This document shows, in pieces, positions 51,875 through 61,843 of a DNA stretch of 64,000 nt. The notes beneath the pieces are model-generated. The model searched no databases and was not told the DNA's origin. It saw only the letters and a program-made list of their open reading frames with translations. The position numbers were made by a program, and so were the translations under genes. Origin of the DNA: an uncultured Candidatus Rokubacteria bacterium (GTDB lineage: Bacteria; Methylomirabilota; Methylomirabilia; Rokubacteriales; CSP1-6); contig CAVWFS010000016.1 of the NCBI GenBank assembly GCA_963754315.1, positions 128,001 through 192,000 on the forward strand, in the 5' to 3' direction. Each line of letters starts with the position of its first letter. Position 1 is the first letter of the stretch.

Positions 51875-52076
51875 CGCGTCTCCTGGCGACCCGCCCCCGC
51901 CGGGCTGGTCACATCGATTCTATGGGCGCGCGGCCCCCGGGAGCCAACCCCGCCGGGACCGCCCCTCCGGCCCTGGCTCGTCATGCATTTGTCGCGCAGA
52001 CGTGAACTTCCTGCAATGCCCCGTCCGTAGGCTCGGCCGGTCGAGCCAATCCTATCTCTTCTGGAGGGGGTCCCAT

Positions 52077-54359
52077 ATGCGCATTCTCGTGAGCTGCACC
52101 GCCGTGGCCGCGCTCGGTGCCGCCGTTATCGGCCCCGCCGCCGCCACCGAGGCCAGGTCGTTCCGAGCGAGCGAGCAGTTCGAGCGGGTCGCCACGTTCG
52201 TGGTCTGCGAGAACACTAGCTGCGACCGCACCAAGGTGCCCCTCACCGCGGCCGAGATAGTCGCCGCCAGCGAGGACGGCCGAACGCTCGTGTACAGCGA
52301 CAGTCCGAACCAGTCGCTCGGTTTCGTGGACATCAGCAAACCCGGCCAACCGAAGGCGCTGGGAGCCCTGTCGCTGAAGGGCCTGCAGGTCGGGGCGAAG
52401 GCTGAGCCCACCTCCGTCGCCGTGGCCGGCAAGTGGCTACTGGCGGTGGTGGACACGTCCGCCGGCTTCACGACGCCGTCCGGTTACCTGGCCGTGTTCC
52501 CGCTCGACACATGCGCCCAGAACGTGGCGGCCTGCACCCCGCGCACGATCATTCCTCTCCTCGGCCAACCCGATGCGGTGGCGGTGAGCCCGGATCGCCG
52601 ATTCGCCGCCATCGTCATCGAGAACCAGCGCGACGAAGAGGTCAATGACGGTGAACTGCCACAGCTTCCCGGGGGCGCGCTACAGGTGCTCAGGCTCGAC
52701 GGCGCTCCCGAGAACTGGACCTTACGCACCGTCGATCTGACCGGACTCGCGCAGATTGGCCCCACCGATCCAGAGCCGGAATTCGTGAGCATCAACCATT
52801 TCAACGTGGCGGCAGTGACCCTGCAGGAGAACAACCACATCGTCTTTGTCCACTTGCCCACGGCCAAGGTCATTCACGACTTTTCGGCCGGCGCCGTGAA
52901 TCTCGTCAACGTGGACACCGAGGACGACGGCCTGCTCAACCCAACGGGCAGCCTGTCCAACCTGCTCCGCGAGCCCGACGCCATCGCCTGGCTCAACGAA
53001 GCCTGGGTGGTGACGGCAAACGAGGGCGACCTCGACGGCGGCAGCCGCAGCTTCAGCATCTTCAATGCGCTCGGCCACGTTGTCTTCGACTCGGGTGTGG
53101 AGCTCGAGTATCTGGCACTCGAGCACGGCCACTATCCGGAGGGTCGCGCCGACAACAAGGGTACTGAGCCGGAAGGCGTGGCCGTGGCCCGCTACGGCCA
53201 TCGGACGTATCTGTTCGTGGGCACCGAGCGGAGTAACTTCGTGGCCGTGTACGAGCAGCGCGGGTTCGGCCGGCCAGAATTCGTGCAGATCCTCCCGACG
53301 GGAATTGGGCCCGAGGGGCTCTTGACCATTCCCGAGCGCAACCTTTTCGTGGTGGCTGCTGAGGACGACGAGGCCCTGCGGTCCACCCTCACGATCTTCG
53401 AGCTGAAGTCCGGCCAGGCCAGCTATCCAACCATCGTCTCCGAGACTCGCTCCACGGGGCCCCTGGCGGGCAAGGCTCCAATCGGTTGGGTGGCCCTGTC
53501 GGCGCTTGCAGGCGATCGCTGGAACAAGAATCGTCTCTACACCGCCCACGATTCTTTCCTGAACCAGTCGCGCCTTTACGTCGTGGACGTCTCCGAGCGT
53601 CCAGCGCGGATCACGGATGAGATCGTGCTGATGAAGAACGGGGCCACGGTGAACTACGACATCGAGGGGGTCGCCCAGCGAGAAGACGGGTCGTTCTGGG
53701 TGGTGTCGGAGGGCTCAGGAAACGCCCCCGCCGGCACGCCGAACCTGCTGGTCGAGGTGCAAGCCAACGGGGCGATCGTCGGAGAGATCGCGTTGCCCGA
53801 GGAGGTCGCGGCCCTCAAGCGGAGTAATGGCTTCGAGGGCGTGACCGTCACCGGCGCCGGCGCCACCGAGAAGGTCTACGTTGCCTTCCAGCGGGAATGG
53901 ACTGGCGATCCAGCCCAGCGCGTCCGTATCGGTCGCTACACGCCGGCGACGAACGAGTGGCGCTTCTTCTACTACCCGCTGGACGCTGTCGAGTCCCCGG
54001 CCGGAGGCTTCGTGGGGCTTTCGGAAATCACGGCCCTCGACGACAATACGTTGCTGGTGCTGGAGCGCGACAACCAGGGTGGTCCGAACGCCCGCATCAA
54101 GCGGCTCTATACCGTCTCGATCGCCGGCCTCACGCCGGCCCTGCAGGGTCAGCCCTTTCCGGTGCTGACCAAGAAGCTCGTACGCGATCTCTTGCCCGAC
54201 CTGGCCGCCCCCCGCGGTTGGATCCAGGAGAAGGTCGAGGGAGTGGGTGTGGCCGCCGACGGTGATGTCTACATCGTGACGGACAACGACGGCGTGGACG
54301 AGAATACCGGCGAGACGCAGTTCATCCGCCTCGGCAACCGCAACCGCCTCGGCTTCTGA
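52077..54359 (+). CDS. Exported beta-propeller protein with C-terminal phytase-like/esterase domain (often annotated alkaline phosphatase)
   Basis: Signal peptide; EPTSVA, DPEPEFV, TANEGD, NGFEG, LVLERDN, VTDNDG. Confidence 0.85.
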   Translation: MRILVSCTAVAALGAAVIGPAAATEARSFRASEQFERVATFVVCENTSCDRTKVPLTAAEIVAASEDGRTLVYSDSPNQSLGFVDISKPGQPKALGALSLKGLQVGAKAEPTSVAVAGKWLLAVVDTSAGFTTPSGYLAVFPLDTCAQNVAACTPRTIIPLLGQPDAVAVSPDRRFAAIVIENQRDEEVNDGELPQLPGGALQVLRLDGAPENWTLRTVDLTGLAQIGPTDPEPEFVSINHFNVAAVTLQENNHIVFVHLPTAKVIHDFSAGAVNLVNVDTEDDGLLNPTGSLSNLLREPDAIAWLNEAWVVTANEGDLDGGSRSFSIFNALGHVVFDSGVELEYLALEHGHYPEGRADNKGTEPEGVAVARYGHRTYLFVGTERSNFVAVYEQRGFGRPEFVQILPTGIGPEGLLTIPERNLFVVAAEDDEALRSTLTIFELKSGQASYPTIVSETRSTGPLAGKAPIGWVALSALAGDRWNKNRLYTAHDSFLNQSRLYVVDVSERPARITDEIVLMKNGATVNYDIEGVAQREDGSFWVVSEGSGNAPAGTPNLLVEVQANGAIVGEIALPEEVAALKRSNGFEGVTVTGAGATEKVYVAFQREWTGDPAQRVRIGRYTPATNEWRFFYYPLDAVESPAGGFVGLSEITALDDNTLLVLERDNQGGPNARIKRLYTVSIAGLTPALQGQPFPVLTKKLVRDLLPDLAAPRGWIQEKVEGVGVAADGDVYIVTDNDGVDENTGETQFIRLGNRNRLGF

Positions 54360-54367
54360 TCACGGGA

Positions 54368-54400
54368 CGCCGGGCGAGCGCTCGAGACGCTCGCCCGGCG
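54368..54400. terminator. Strong hairpin after the gene (terminator or stabiliser)
   Basis: Perfect 13-bp stem CGCCGGGCGAGCG / CGCTCGCCCGGCG; no U-tract. Confidence 0.6.
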
Positions 54401-54449
54401 CACTCTCACGCGAGCCCCGACCTGATCCCTGCGATACACTTTGCTCATC

Positions 54450-54503
54450 ATGGCCTCCGCGGAGGTGTGGGCCAGCGGCGATGCCTACGAGCCTTGCGAT
54501 GGT
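54450..54503 (+). pseudogene. Head of a class I SAM-methyltransferase gene
   Basis: MASAEVWASGDAYEP resembles the WASGDAYEPYVGRWS-type N-terminus, then degenerates. Confidence 0.55.
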
Positions 54504-54537
54504 CCACGGCTAGGCCTCCCACTGAGGGATTTGACAC

Positions 54538-56118
54538 GTGACACGGACCTCCGTCAGGGTCATGTACTGGGCACCGGCGCTCAAGGGGCTCATGCTGGCC
54601 ATGGCCCTGGCCTTCCTTCTGGTGGGAATCCGCCAGCCCGTGAACATTCACGACGAGGGCTATGTCCTGTACGGGGCGACCCGGATCTCGACCGGGGAGA
54701 TTCCGTACCGGGACTTCTGGCTCGTCTACACTCCCGCGCAATTCTACCTGCTGGCCGGCCTGTTCAGGGTGTTCGGCGCCTCGGTGCTGCTCGCCCGTGG
54801 CTACGACGCCCTCGTCCGCCTTGCCATCGTGGTCCTGGTCTACCGCCTCGCGCGCGTGCTGGGCGGGCCGGTGGTGGCGCTGGTGCCGGCGGCCGTCGCC
54901 CTCCTGCTCCTGGCCACGGTCGGGTTCTACGGGTATCCGGTATTCCCCGCCCTCGCGCTGGTGCTCGCCAGCGTGGACCGCCTCCTCGCGTTCTTCGCCA
55001 TTCGAGCGTGGGCGACGTTGCTCGGGGCGGGGCTCCTCCTCGGCCTGGCGGCGATGTTCAGGCACGACATCGGGTTTGCCGGGCTCGTCGCGGAGACGTT
55101 GGCGCTGGCGGCGCTGGCCTGGAGGTCGCCCGGAGAGCATCTCGACCAGGGTTCCCGGGGCCCGCGTCGCCGGTGGCGGGGTCTGGCTCCATTCGCTCTC
55201 GGAATGCTCCTGGCCGTCGCGCCGTTCGCGGTTCCGCTCATGTGGACCGTTCCCGCGCGCGAACTGTGGTGGGGGCTCATCGGGTTCCCGGCCACGGTCC
55301 TGCCCGAGCAGCGCGCGCTGCCGTACCCAGGGCTGCCGTACCCCGGGATGACCCGGGCTGCGGTGAACGAGTTTCTGGTGTTCTATGTGCCGCTGGCGAT
55401 CTTCGGCGCCTCGCTCTGGACGCGCGGCACCTTGGGGACGTGGCTGCTGACCGCGCTCGGTCTCGGCCTCTTCAGGCTGGGCATGAACAGGGCGGACGTC
55501 GTGCATCTCCTGCCCGGCACCCTCGTCGCCCTCGTGCTCTCGGCGGCGCTCCTGGTCAGAGCGGAGAGGGTGAGGCCACGGCTGCTCTCGGTCGGCCTTC
55601 TCGCGCTCGGGGCGGCGGTCGTCGGTGACGCGTATGTCGTTCAGCCCGTGCGGAGCCTGCTCTCGCTCGGGACGCGGTACCACCGCCCGCAGCCTCCGTC
55701 GTCGCTCGAGGTGAGCGCGGGCATCAGCGGCTTCGAGGACCAGGAGGCGGCTGTCCGATATATCCGACAGCACACGGCCGGCCGCGAGCGGATCCTGGTC
55801 GCCAATACGCGGCATGACCGGATCTTCGTCAATGACATGATGTTCTACGTTCTGGCCGGGCGGGGCAGCGCCACTCGCTATCACCTCCTGGAGCCCGGGG
55901 TGGTCACCACGCGACCCGTCCAGCAGGAGATCATCGCCGCCCTGGAGGGCGGGGCGATCTCGTACGTGGTGCTGTTCTCCACCTTCGAGGATCACGTGGA
56001 GCCCAACGCCAGCGGCCGGAGCAGTGGTGTCGTTGACCTCGATCTGTACATCAGATCGCACTACCGGCCGGTCGCGCGCTTCGGCGGCTACGCCGTCTGG
56101 AAGCGGATCGCCCCGTGA
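54538..56118 (+). CDS. GT-C-type membrane glycosyltransferase (ArnT/PMT-like)
   Basis: HDEGY...GEIPYRDFW..YTP first loop; many TM segments. Confidence 0.75.
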   Translation: MTRTSVRVMYWAPALKGLMLAMALAFLLVGIRQPVNIHDEGYVLYGATRISTGEIPYRDFWLVYTPAQFYLLAGLFRVFGASVLLARGYDALVRLAIVVLVYRLARVLGGPVVALVPAAVALLLLATVGFYGYPVFPALALVLASVDRLLAFFAIRAWATLLGAGLLLGLAAMFRHDIGFAGLVAETLALAALAWRSPGEHLDQGSRGPRRRWRGLAPFALGMLLAVAPFAVPLMWTVPARELWWGLIGFPATVLPEQRALPYPGLPYPGMTRAAVNEFLVFYVPLAIFGASLWTRGTLGTWLLTALGLGLFRLGMNRADVVHLLPGTLVALVLSAALLVRAERVRPRLLSVGLLALGAAVVGDAYVVQPVRSLLSLGTRYHRPQPPSSLEVSAGISGFEDQEAAVRYIRQHTAGRERILVANTRHDRIFVNDMMFYVLAGRGSATRYHLLEPGVVTTRPVQQEIIAALEGGAISYVVLFSTFEDHVEPNASGRSSGVVDLDLYIRSHYRPVARFGGYAVWKRIAP

Positions 56119-56140
56119 ACGGAGTGTCGGGCGTGCGATC

Positions 56141-56185
56141 TTGACGTCTCGAGACGTCCCTCAGCATCATGTAGTCACAATTGTG
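56141..56185 (+). promoter_or_regulatory. TA promoter and operator
   Basis: TTGACG -35-like box, 16-bp palindrome GACGTCTCGAGACGTC and palindrome CACAATTGTG. Confidence 0.55.
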
Positions 56186-56207
56186 GTCTCAACGGGGGGC
56201 GACGGGA

Positions 56208-56471
56208 ATGCGAACGGTCGGTGTCCGGGAGCTCAAGGCGTCGGCCAGCCGGCTCCTGAAGCGGGTCAGGGAACGCGGCGACGAAATTCAGATCACGTAC
56301 CGGGGGCGGGTCGTGGCGCGCATCGTGCCGGTCCAACAGCGGCGGACCTCGGAGCGCGGGGACCGTGGCGTCTGGGCTGATCTGGACCGGCTCGCCGTCG
56401 AGATCGGCACGCGCTGGCCCAAGGGCGTCACCGCGGCCACGGCAGTGGCAGAGGGTCGCCGGGACCGGTGA
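56208..56471 (+). CDS. Phd/YefM-family antitoxin
   Basis: MRTVGVRELKASASRLL...ITYRGRVVARIVP. Confidence 0.92.
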   Translation: MRTVGVRELKASASRLLKRVRERGDEIQITYRGRVVARIVPVQQRRTSERGDRGVWADLDRLAVEIGTRWPKGVTAATAVAEGRRDR

Positions 56472-56898
56472 TCGTGGTCGACGCCAGCGTATGGGTGAGC
56501 CGGCTCGTGCCCGACGATGTCCACCACGGTGCCAGTCGTCTTGGCTCGAGCAAACGGTCTATCGCGGCGAACCGCTGATTTCGCCGGCCATCCTGCTGGC
56601 CGAAATCGCCGGGGCGGTGTCGCGACGGACCGGCGAGCCCGGCCTCGCGGAACGGGCCGTGCGCGACGTCCTGCAAGTTCCCGGAGTGCGCTTGGTCTCG
56701 ATCGATCGCCGACTAGGACAAGAGGCCGCGCGGCTGGCCGCCCGCTTGCGTCTGCGGGGCGCTGACGCCGTCTATGTGGCCACCGCGCGCCTCATGCGGC
56801 TTCCTCTGGTGACGTGGGACAGCGAGCAGCACTCGCGAGCCGGCGCTCTCGTATCCGTGCGTACACCGGGGATCGATGAGAGTGCACCGAGGTCATGA
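56468..56898 (+). CDS. vapC: VapC-family PIN toxin (frameshift near 56540)
   Basis: GTG IVVDASVWVS...; second frame LAEIAGA, LRGADAVYVA, LVTWD. Confidence 0.85.
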
Positions 56899-56934
56899 CG
56901 GAGGGTGGGGAAGGGCAATCGAGGAGGGTGAATC

Positions 56935-58263
56935 ATGAACCGTGATCAGCGCGGAGTCCCGGTGTCGTGCGCGAACCGGACGGCACTGGATCTTTACGAG
57001 ACGGCTCTTGGGCAGTACCAGAGCTACGTCGGCGATCCCATCGCCACCATCGACCAGGCCCTGGCCGCGGCGCCGGATTTCGTCCTCGGCCACCTGTTCC
57101 GCGCCATCGTGCTCATGACCTTCACCGAGCAGAGCTACGCCACTCAGGCGCGAGGAAGCGTCGAAGCTGGCGAGAGGCTCCTGTCGAGCGCGAACGAGCG
57201 GGAGCGCGGCCTCGCCCTCGCGGCACGTTGTCTGGTCGACGGTGACTGGGACGGCGCCTGCGTGGCGTTTGACCGTATCCTGGTCGACCATCCGCTGGAT
57301 GCCTTCGCGGCTCAGTCGGGGCATCTCATGGATTTCTTCCGCGGCGATGCCCTCAACCTCCGCAACCGCATTTCGCGTATCCTGCCCCACTGGACCCCGG
57401 TGGTCCCTGGTTACTCGTATCTGCTCGGGATGCACGCCTTCGGCTTGGAAGAGTGCAACCAGTACGCCCAGGCCGAGGAGGAGGGCCGCCGCGCCCTGGC
57501 CCTCGAGCCGAAGGACGGCTGGGCCGTGCACGCCGTGACCCACGTCATGGAAATGCAGGGCCGCATCGACGAGGGAATCACGTGGCTGGAGTCGCGGGAG
57601 AATGACTGGGCGCCCGACAACGGCTTTTCCTTCCACAACTACTGGCACCTGGCCCTCTACTATCTTGACCGTCAACGTTACGACCGCGCGCTCACCCTCT
57701 ACGACACCCGTGTGCATCCGGAGCCACCCCAGACGGCCCTCCAGTTGCTCGATGCCACTGCGCTGCTGTGGCGTCTATTCCTGGATGGTGTGGACCTTGG
57801 AGGGCGGGCCGGTGTTGTCGCCGATAACTGGGCAAAGCGGCTCGACGTGGAGCGTGGGTTCTACGCGTTCAACGACCTCCACGCCATGATGGCCTTCGCC
57901 ATGGCCGGCCGCGCGCCCGAGGCGGTGCACCTCCTGGACAACCTGCAGTGGACGGTTGAACACGGTCGGGGTACGAACGTCGCGATGACACGCGAGGTGG
58001 GCTTGCCCGTCTGCCAGGCGATGCAGGCGTTCGGCCAGGGGCAGTACGCGGCCGCCATCGAGCGGCTGCAAGCAGCACGAGACGGGGCCCACCGCTTCGG
58101 AGGAAGCCACGCTCAGCGAGACGTGCTGACCCTGACCCTGATCGAAGCAGCCCTGCGTAGTGGCCAACCTGCCATCGCGCGCCACTACATCGCCGAGCGC
58201 ACCGTGCACAAGCCGGCGAGCCGCTGGGGCTGGCGCCTTCTCGCTCGCACGAAGCCCCGCTGA
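56935..58263 (+). CDS. TTC38-like tetratricopeptide repeat protein
   Basis: GMHAFGLEE, WAVHAVTHVMEM, HNYWHLAL, FGGSHAQRD. Confidence 0.88.
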   Translation: MNRDQRGVPVSCANRTALDLYETALGQYQSYVGDPIATIDQALAAAPDFVLGHLFRAIVLMTFTEQSYATQARGSVEAGERLLSSANERERGLALAARCLVDGDWDGACVAFDRILVDHPLDAFAAQSGHLMDFFRGDALNLRNRISRILPHWTPVVPGYSYLLGMHAFGLEECNQYAQAEEEGRRALALEPKDGWAVHAVTHVMEMQGRIDEGITWLESRENDWAPDNGFSFHNYWHLALYYLDRQRYDRALTLYDTRVHPEPPQTALQLLDATALLWRLFLDGVDLGGRAGVVADNWAKRLDVERGFYAFNDLHAMMAFAMAGRAPEAVHLLDNLQWTVEHGRGTNVAMTREVGLPVCQAMQAFGQGQYAAAIERLQAARDGAHRFGGSHAQRDVLTLTLIEAALRSGQPAIARHYIAERTVHKPASRWGWRLLARTKPR

Positions 58264-58271
58264 CATCGAGA

Positions 58272-58307
58272 TCCCGGGCGTGCCCTCATCCCTGAGCGCG
58301 CCCGGGA
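58272..58307. terminator. Intergenic hairpin
   Basis: TCCCGGGCGTGC / GCGCGCCCGGGA stem with one G-U pair. Confidence 0.45.
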
Positions 58308-58383
58308 CGGCGCGACTACTTGCTGGCCTCGTCCAACCGGTATGATTCATCCTGAGGCACGAACGGCACCGGTGAGATGAGCC

Positions 58384-60034
58384 ATGAGAACAACGACCGA
58401 TGTCTTGATCGTGGGAGCGGGCCCGGTGGGCCTCATGCTGGCTGGCGAACTGCAACGCCGCGGGGTGGACTATGTCCTCGTCGAGCGCGAGCGTGAGCCC
58501 GTCCCCTTCTGTAAGGCCCTGGGCGTCACTCCGCGCACGCTCGAGATCTGGGACCAGATCGGAGTGCTCGAGCATGCGCTGCATCGCGGACGGTTCATGG
58601 CCGGATTCATGGCACTTGTCGAAGGTCGAGCGGCAACCGAGGAGCGGATCGCGCTGGGCTCCATGCCCTATGGGTTCCTCACCATCAGCCAGTTCGACAC
58701 CGAGGCCATCCTGCGAAGCCATCTGCAACGCCACGGCGGTGCGCCCGCAGTCCGGCTGGGCACTGGTCAGCTTCGAGGCAACCGATCGTTGCGTCCGGGC
58801 TCGCCTCGCAGGGCCGGATCGGACGGAGTCCCTGGTGGAATGCCGATACCTGGTGGGTTGCGATGGCGCCCACAGCACGGTGCGCAAGGGGGCGGGCCTC
58901 GAGTTCGCGGGTGACAGCTATCCGATGACCTTCATGCTGGGGGACGTCCGCCTGCATTGGAGCTTGCCCCGCGGGTGGGGATATCGCTCACCCCATGTCG
59001 TCGACGGGGAACTCAGGAACACGCTGGTGTGTATTCCGGTTCCAGGGGACCGGGAACGCTATCGCCTATCCATGGCGGCGCCGCTCGCCTACTGGGACGA
59101 CGGGGCCGACCTGAGCACTCCGCCGTCGCTGGCGCTGCTGACCGAGACCATGGCACCCATGGTGGCCAGCGGCACGACGATCTCCGACCTGCATTGGTCG
59201 TCGTTCTACCGCATCAGCCACCGCATCGCTCCCCGTTACAGCACGGGCCCCATTTTCATCGCTGGCGATGCCGCCCACATACATCCCCCCGTCGGCGGTC
59301 AGGGCATGAACACCGGCCTGCAGGACGCATTCAACCTCGGTTGGAAGCTGGCGCTCGCCGTGCAGGGCCGCGCCGGCGCCGACCTGCTCGATAGCTATGA
59401 TGCCGAGCGCCGGCCGGTAGGACTCGATGTCGTGAATCGAACGACTCATCGGATGGATGAGGCTATAACGAACCAGGGCGACGTGAAGTTCGACCAGTGG
59501 ATGCAGGACTCACAGCTGCTCGTGAGCTACCGAGGCACCCGCTGGGTAGCGGAGGACGTCGCCCAGTCGGCCATGGCCGGCGGGCCCCGTCCGGGCGACC
59601 GCGCCAGAGAAGCGACCGGCCTGCGGCGCGAGTGGGTGTCGCAGCCGACTCGATTGACCGAGCTGCTCCGCCACCCCGGCCACACGCTCGTCATCTATTT
59701 CGGCCCGGAGACGATCGAAGCCCATTATCAGCAAGCCACGGTCCTGGCCGATGCGCTGCGCAGCCGACACGGCGAGGCCATCGCGATCTATGGCGTGGCA
59801 GCGGCCGGCGCTCAGATCCTCGACCTCGAACGCCTTGCCTTCCTCGTCGACGCGGACGGGACGTTCAAGGCTGCCTACGACCCGACGCCAGCCGCGCTCT
59901 ACCTGTTCCGGCCCGACGGGCACGTCGGCTATCGCTCCGACCGGATCGACCGCGAGCGACTGGAGGCCTACCTGCAGCGGATATTCGGCGAGCGACCCGG
60001 TATGATCCCTCCAGGAGGGACGAAACGCGCATGA
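58384..60034 (+). CDS. FAD-dependent aromatic monooxygenase (frameshift near 58741)
   Basis: IVGAGPVG, VGCDGAHSTVR, AGDAAHIHPPVGGQGMNTG, RPDGHVG. Confidence 0.9.
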
Positions 60035-60137
60035 GCGTCCACGATCACCTGCCTATCCCCGATCTCGGCCTCACGGGCGCCGAGGCCGATATCGTTCCGC
60101 AGTTGCCCTCACCGTAGTCAGGCGAGAATATTCCAAG

Positions 60138-61436
60138 GTGCCACGCCCCCCGGTCGTCCTGGCGGTCCTGCCTCAGCTCATCCCGTCGACCATGATCGGC
60201 GTGGTGAAGCCCCTGCGCGCCCTCCACCGTCAAGGACGCATCGTCTTCGATGTGGCGCTCGAGGCGTGGGTTGGTCAGCGGCAGCTGGTCGCCGCCGATG
60301 TCGTCGTCTTCTGTCGTAATACGGAGCCGCGGTTTGGCGGGACCCTCGAGGCGGCCTTGCAGCGGCACGTGCCCATCATCTATGAGCTCGACGACGACTT
60401 CTTCGTGATGCCCCCCGAGGCGCCGGGGGGTCAATATCACCGCGACCCGGCCCGACTCGCCCAGCTCGAGCGCTACCTGCGCGGGGCGGCGCTGGTGCGG
60501 GTCTACTCGGAAGCGCTCCACACCCGGCTCACTGCCTTGAACCCGCGCGTGCATCGTGTGGAGGCGCTGGTCGACTGGGATCTGATCCCCACCATGCCGG
60601 CCACGCGCTCGTCCGCGCCGCTCAGGATCGTCTACGCGACGAGCCGGATAGCAGACCCCGTCGCGAAGATCTTCATGGTGGACCTGCGCCGCGTGCTGGA
60701 CACGTACCGCGGGCGCGTGGAGGCGTGGTTCTGGGGCTACCAGCCGCCAGAGCTGGCCGGGCGGACGGACGTCCACTTCATGGACTTCCTGCAGGATTAC
60801 GACGCCTTCTATCGCCGATTCGCCGGCTTCGGCTTCGACATCGGGTTGGCTCCGCTCCCCGACGACGAGTTTTATCGCGCGAAGAGCAACAACAAGTTTC
60901 GCGAATACGCGGCGAGCCGTGTTGCCGGCATCTACTCCGACATGGTCGTGTATCGAGACTGCGTGGACGATGGCCGGACGGGCTTGCTCGTGCCCGACGC
61001 CCCCGACGGCTGGTTCACCGCCATGAGGCGCCTGATCGACGACGGACCCCTCCGGGCCCGCATCCAGCAGGAGGCCTGGACGTATGCCAGAGAACGCTAT
61101 GGGGTTGCGCAAGCCGCCGAGGCGTGGCTGGCCCACATCGACGCCGCCCGTAGCCGCCGGGCGGAGACGCCCTCACCGACGCCGCGCGGTTGGGCAGCCT
61201 ATCGACCAGGCGGGCCCCCGTGCCGCCACCACCCCGGCCCGGATGACGCGCGTGGCGCGCCGTGTCGTCGAAATCCTGCAGGGACAACCAGCGCCCGCCA
61301 CTCTTGCCCTCGCGGAAAGGATCACATGGCATCTGCGTTCGCTCGGTCTCCTTGGCCCGGCTCCGAAGAGGAGCTGGCCCGCGAGGGACGGGCGGCCCGC
61401 CGCTCGACGTTGAGATCGGCCCACGACTCGCTGTGA
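60138..61436 (+). CDS. GT4-like glycosyltransferase (C-terminal frame uncertain after about 61180)
   Basis: IYELDDD, DIGLAPL..D.F.RAKSNNKFREY, DGRTGLLV. Confidence 0.82.
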   Translation: MPRPPVVLAVLPQLIPSTMIGVVKPLRALHRQGRIVFDVALEAWVGQRQLVAADVVVFCRNTEPRFGGTLEAALQRHVPIIYELDDDFFVMPPEAPGGQYHRDPARLAQLERYLRGAALVRVYSEALHTRLTALNPRVHRVEALVDWDLIPTMPATRSSAPLRIVYATSRIADPVAKIFMVDLRRVLDTYRGRVEAWFWGYQPPELAGRTDVHFMDFLQDYDAFYRRFAGFGFDIGLAPLPDDEFYRAKSNNKFREYAASRVAGIYSDMVVYRDCVDDGRTGLLVPDAPDGWFTAMRRLIDDGPLRARIQQEAWTYARERYGVAQAAEAWLAHIDAARSRRAETPSPTPRGWAAYRPGGPPCRHHPGPDDARGAPCRRNPAGTTSARHSCPRGKDHMASAFARSPWPGSEEELAREGRAARRSTLRSAHDSL

Positions 61437-61843
61437 AAGCCGAGGTAGCAGAAAGGGGACCACCTTTGCGGGTGAGCCGGCTCAGGACGCGGTTGATGAG
61501 GGAGTCGGACCGCAGGCCGTGCTCGTAGAGGCTGATCCGCGTATCTGGGGCCCGCTTGCTCGAGGTCGAAGCGCAGGAGCATTCGGCGGTGGCGGCTGTC
61601 GGCGATCGGAGGGAAGACGAAACGAAACAGTCCGTTGTCCACGGCCTCGGTCAGGTCACTGGCGATGCGGCGAAGCGGTCGGTCAACCACGCCGTCGGCG
61701 TAGATCGACAGCACCAGCTGGCCGGCGGCCTGCCGCTGATGCAGACCGAGGATCACGTCCAACGTCGTCCAGCCATCGTCCTCTGGCACCAGCTCGTAGA
61801 ATCGGGTGCCCATCAGCCGCGGAGAGGCCGACATTCCGGTCAC
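61322..61843 (-). CDS. Hypothetical protein coupled to the upstream glycosyltransferase (3' end uncertain, probable frameshifts)
   Basis: GTGA overlap at 61840-61843; protein-like DNGLFRFVFPPIADS...LLRF. Confidence 0.5.
   Translation of the reverse strand: MTGMSASPRLMGTRFYELVPEDDGWTTLDVILGLHQRQAAGQLVLSIYADGVVDRPLRRIASDLTEAVDNGLFRFVFPPIADSRHRRMLLRFDLEQAGPRYADQPLRARPAVRLPHQPRPEPAHPQRWSPFCYLGFHSESWADLNVERRAARPSRASSSSEPGQGDRANADAM

Noticed and set aside
51792..52076. N-terminal extension of the 855-aa ORF
   Set aside because: The signal peptide and GGAGG RBS place the start at ATG 52077
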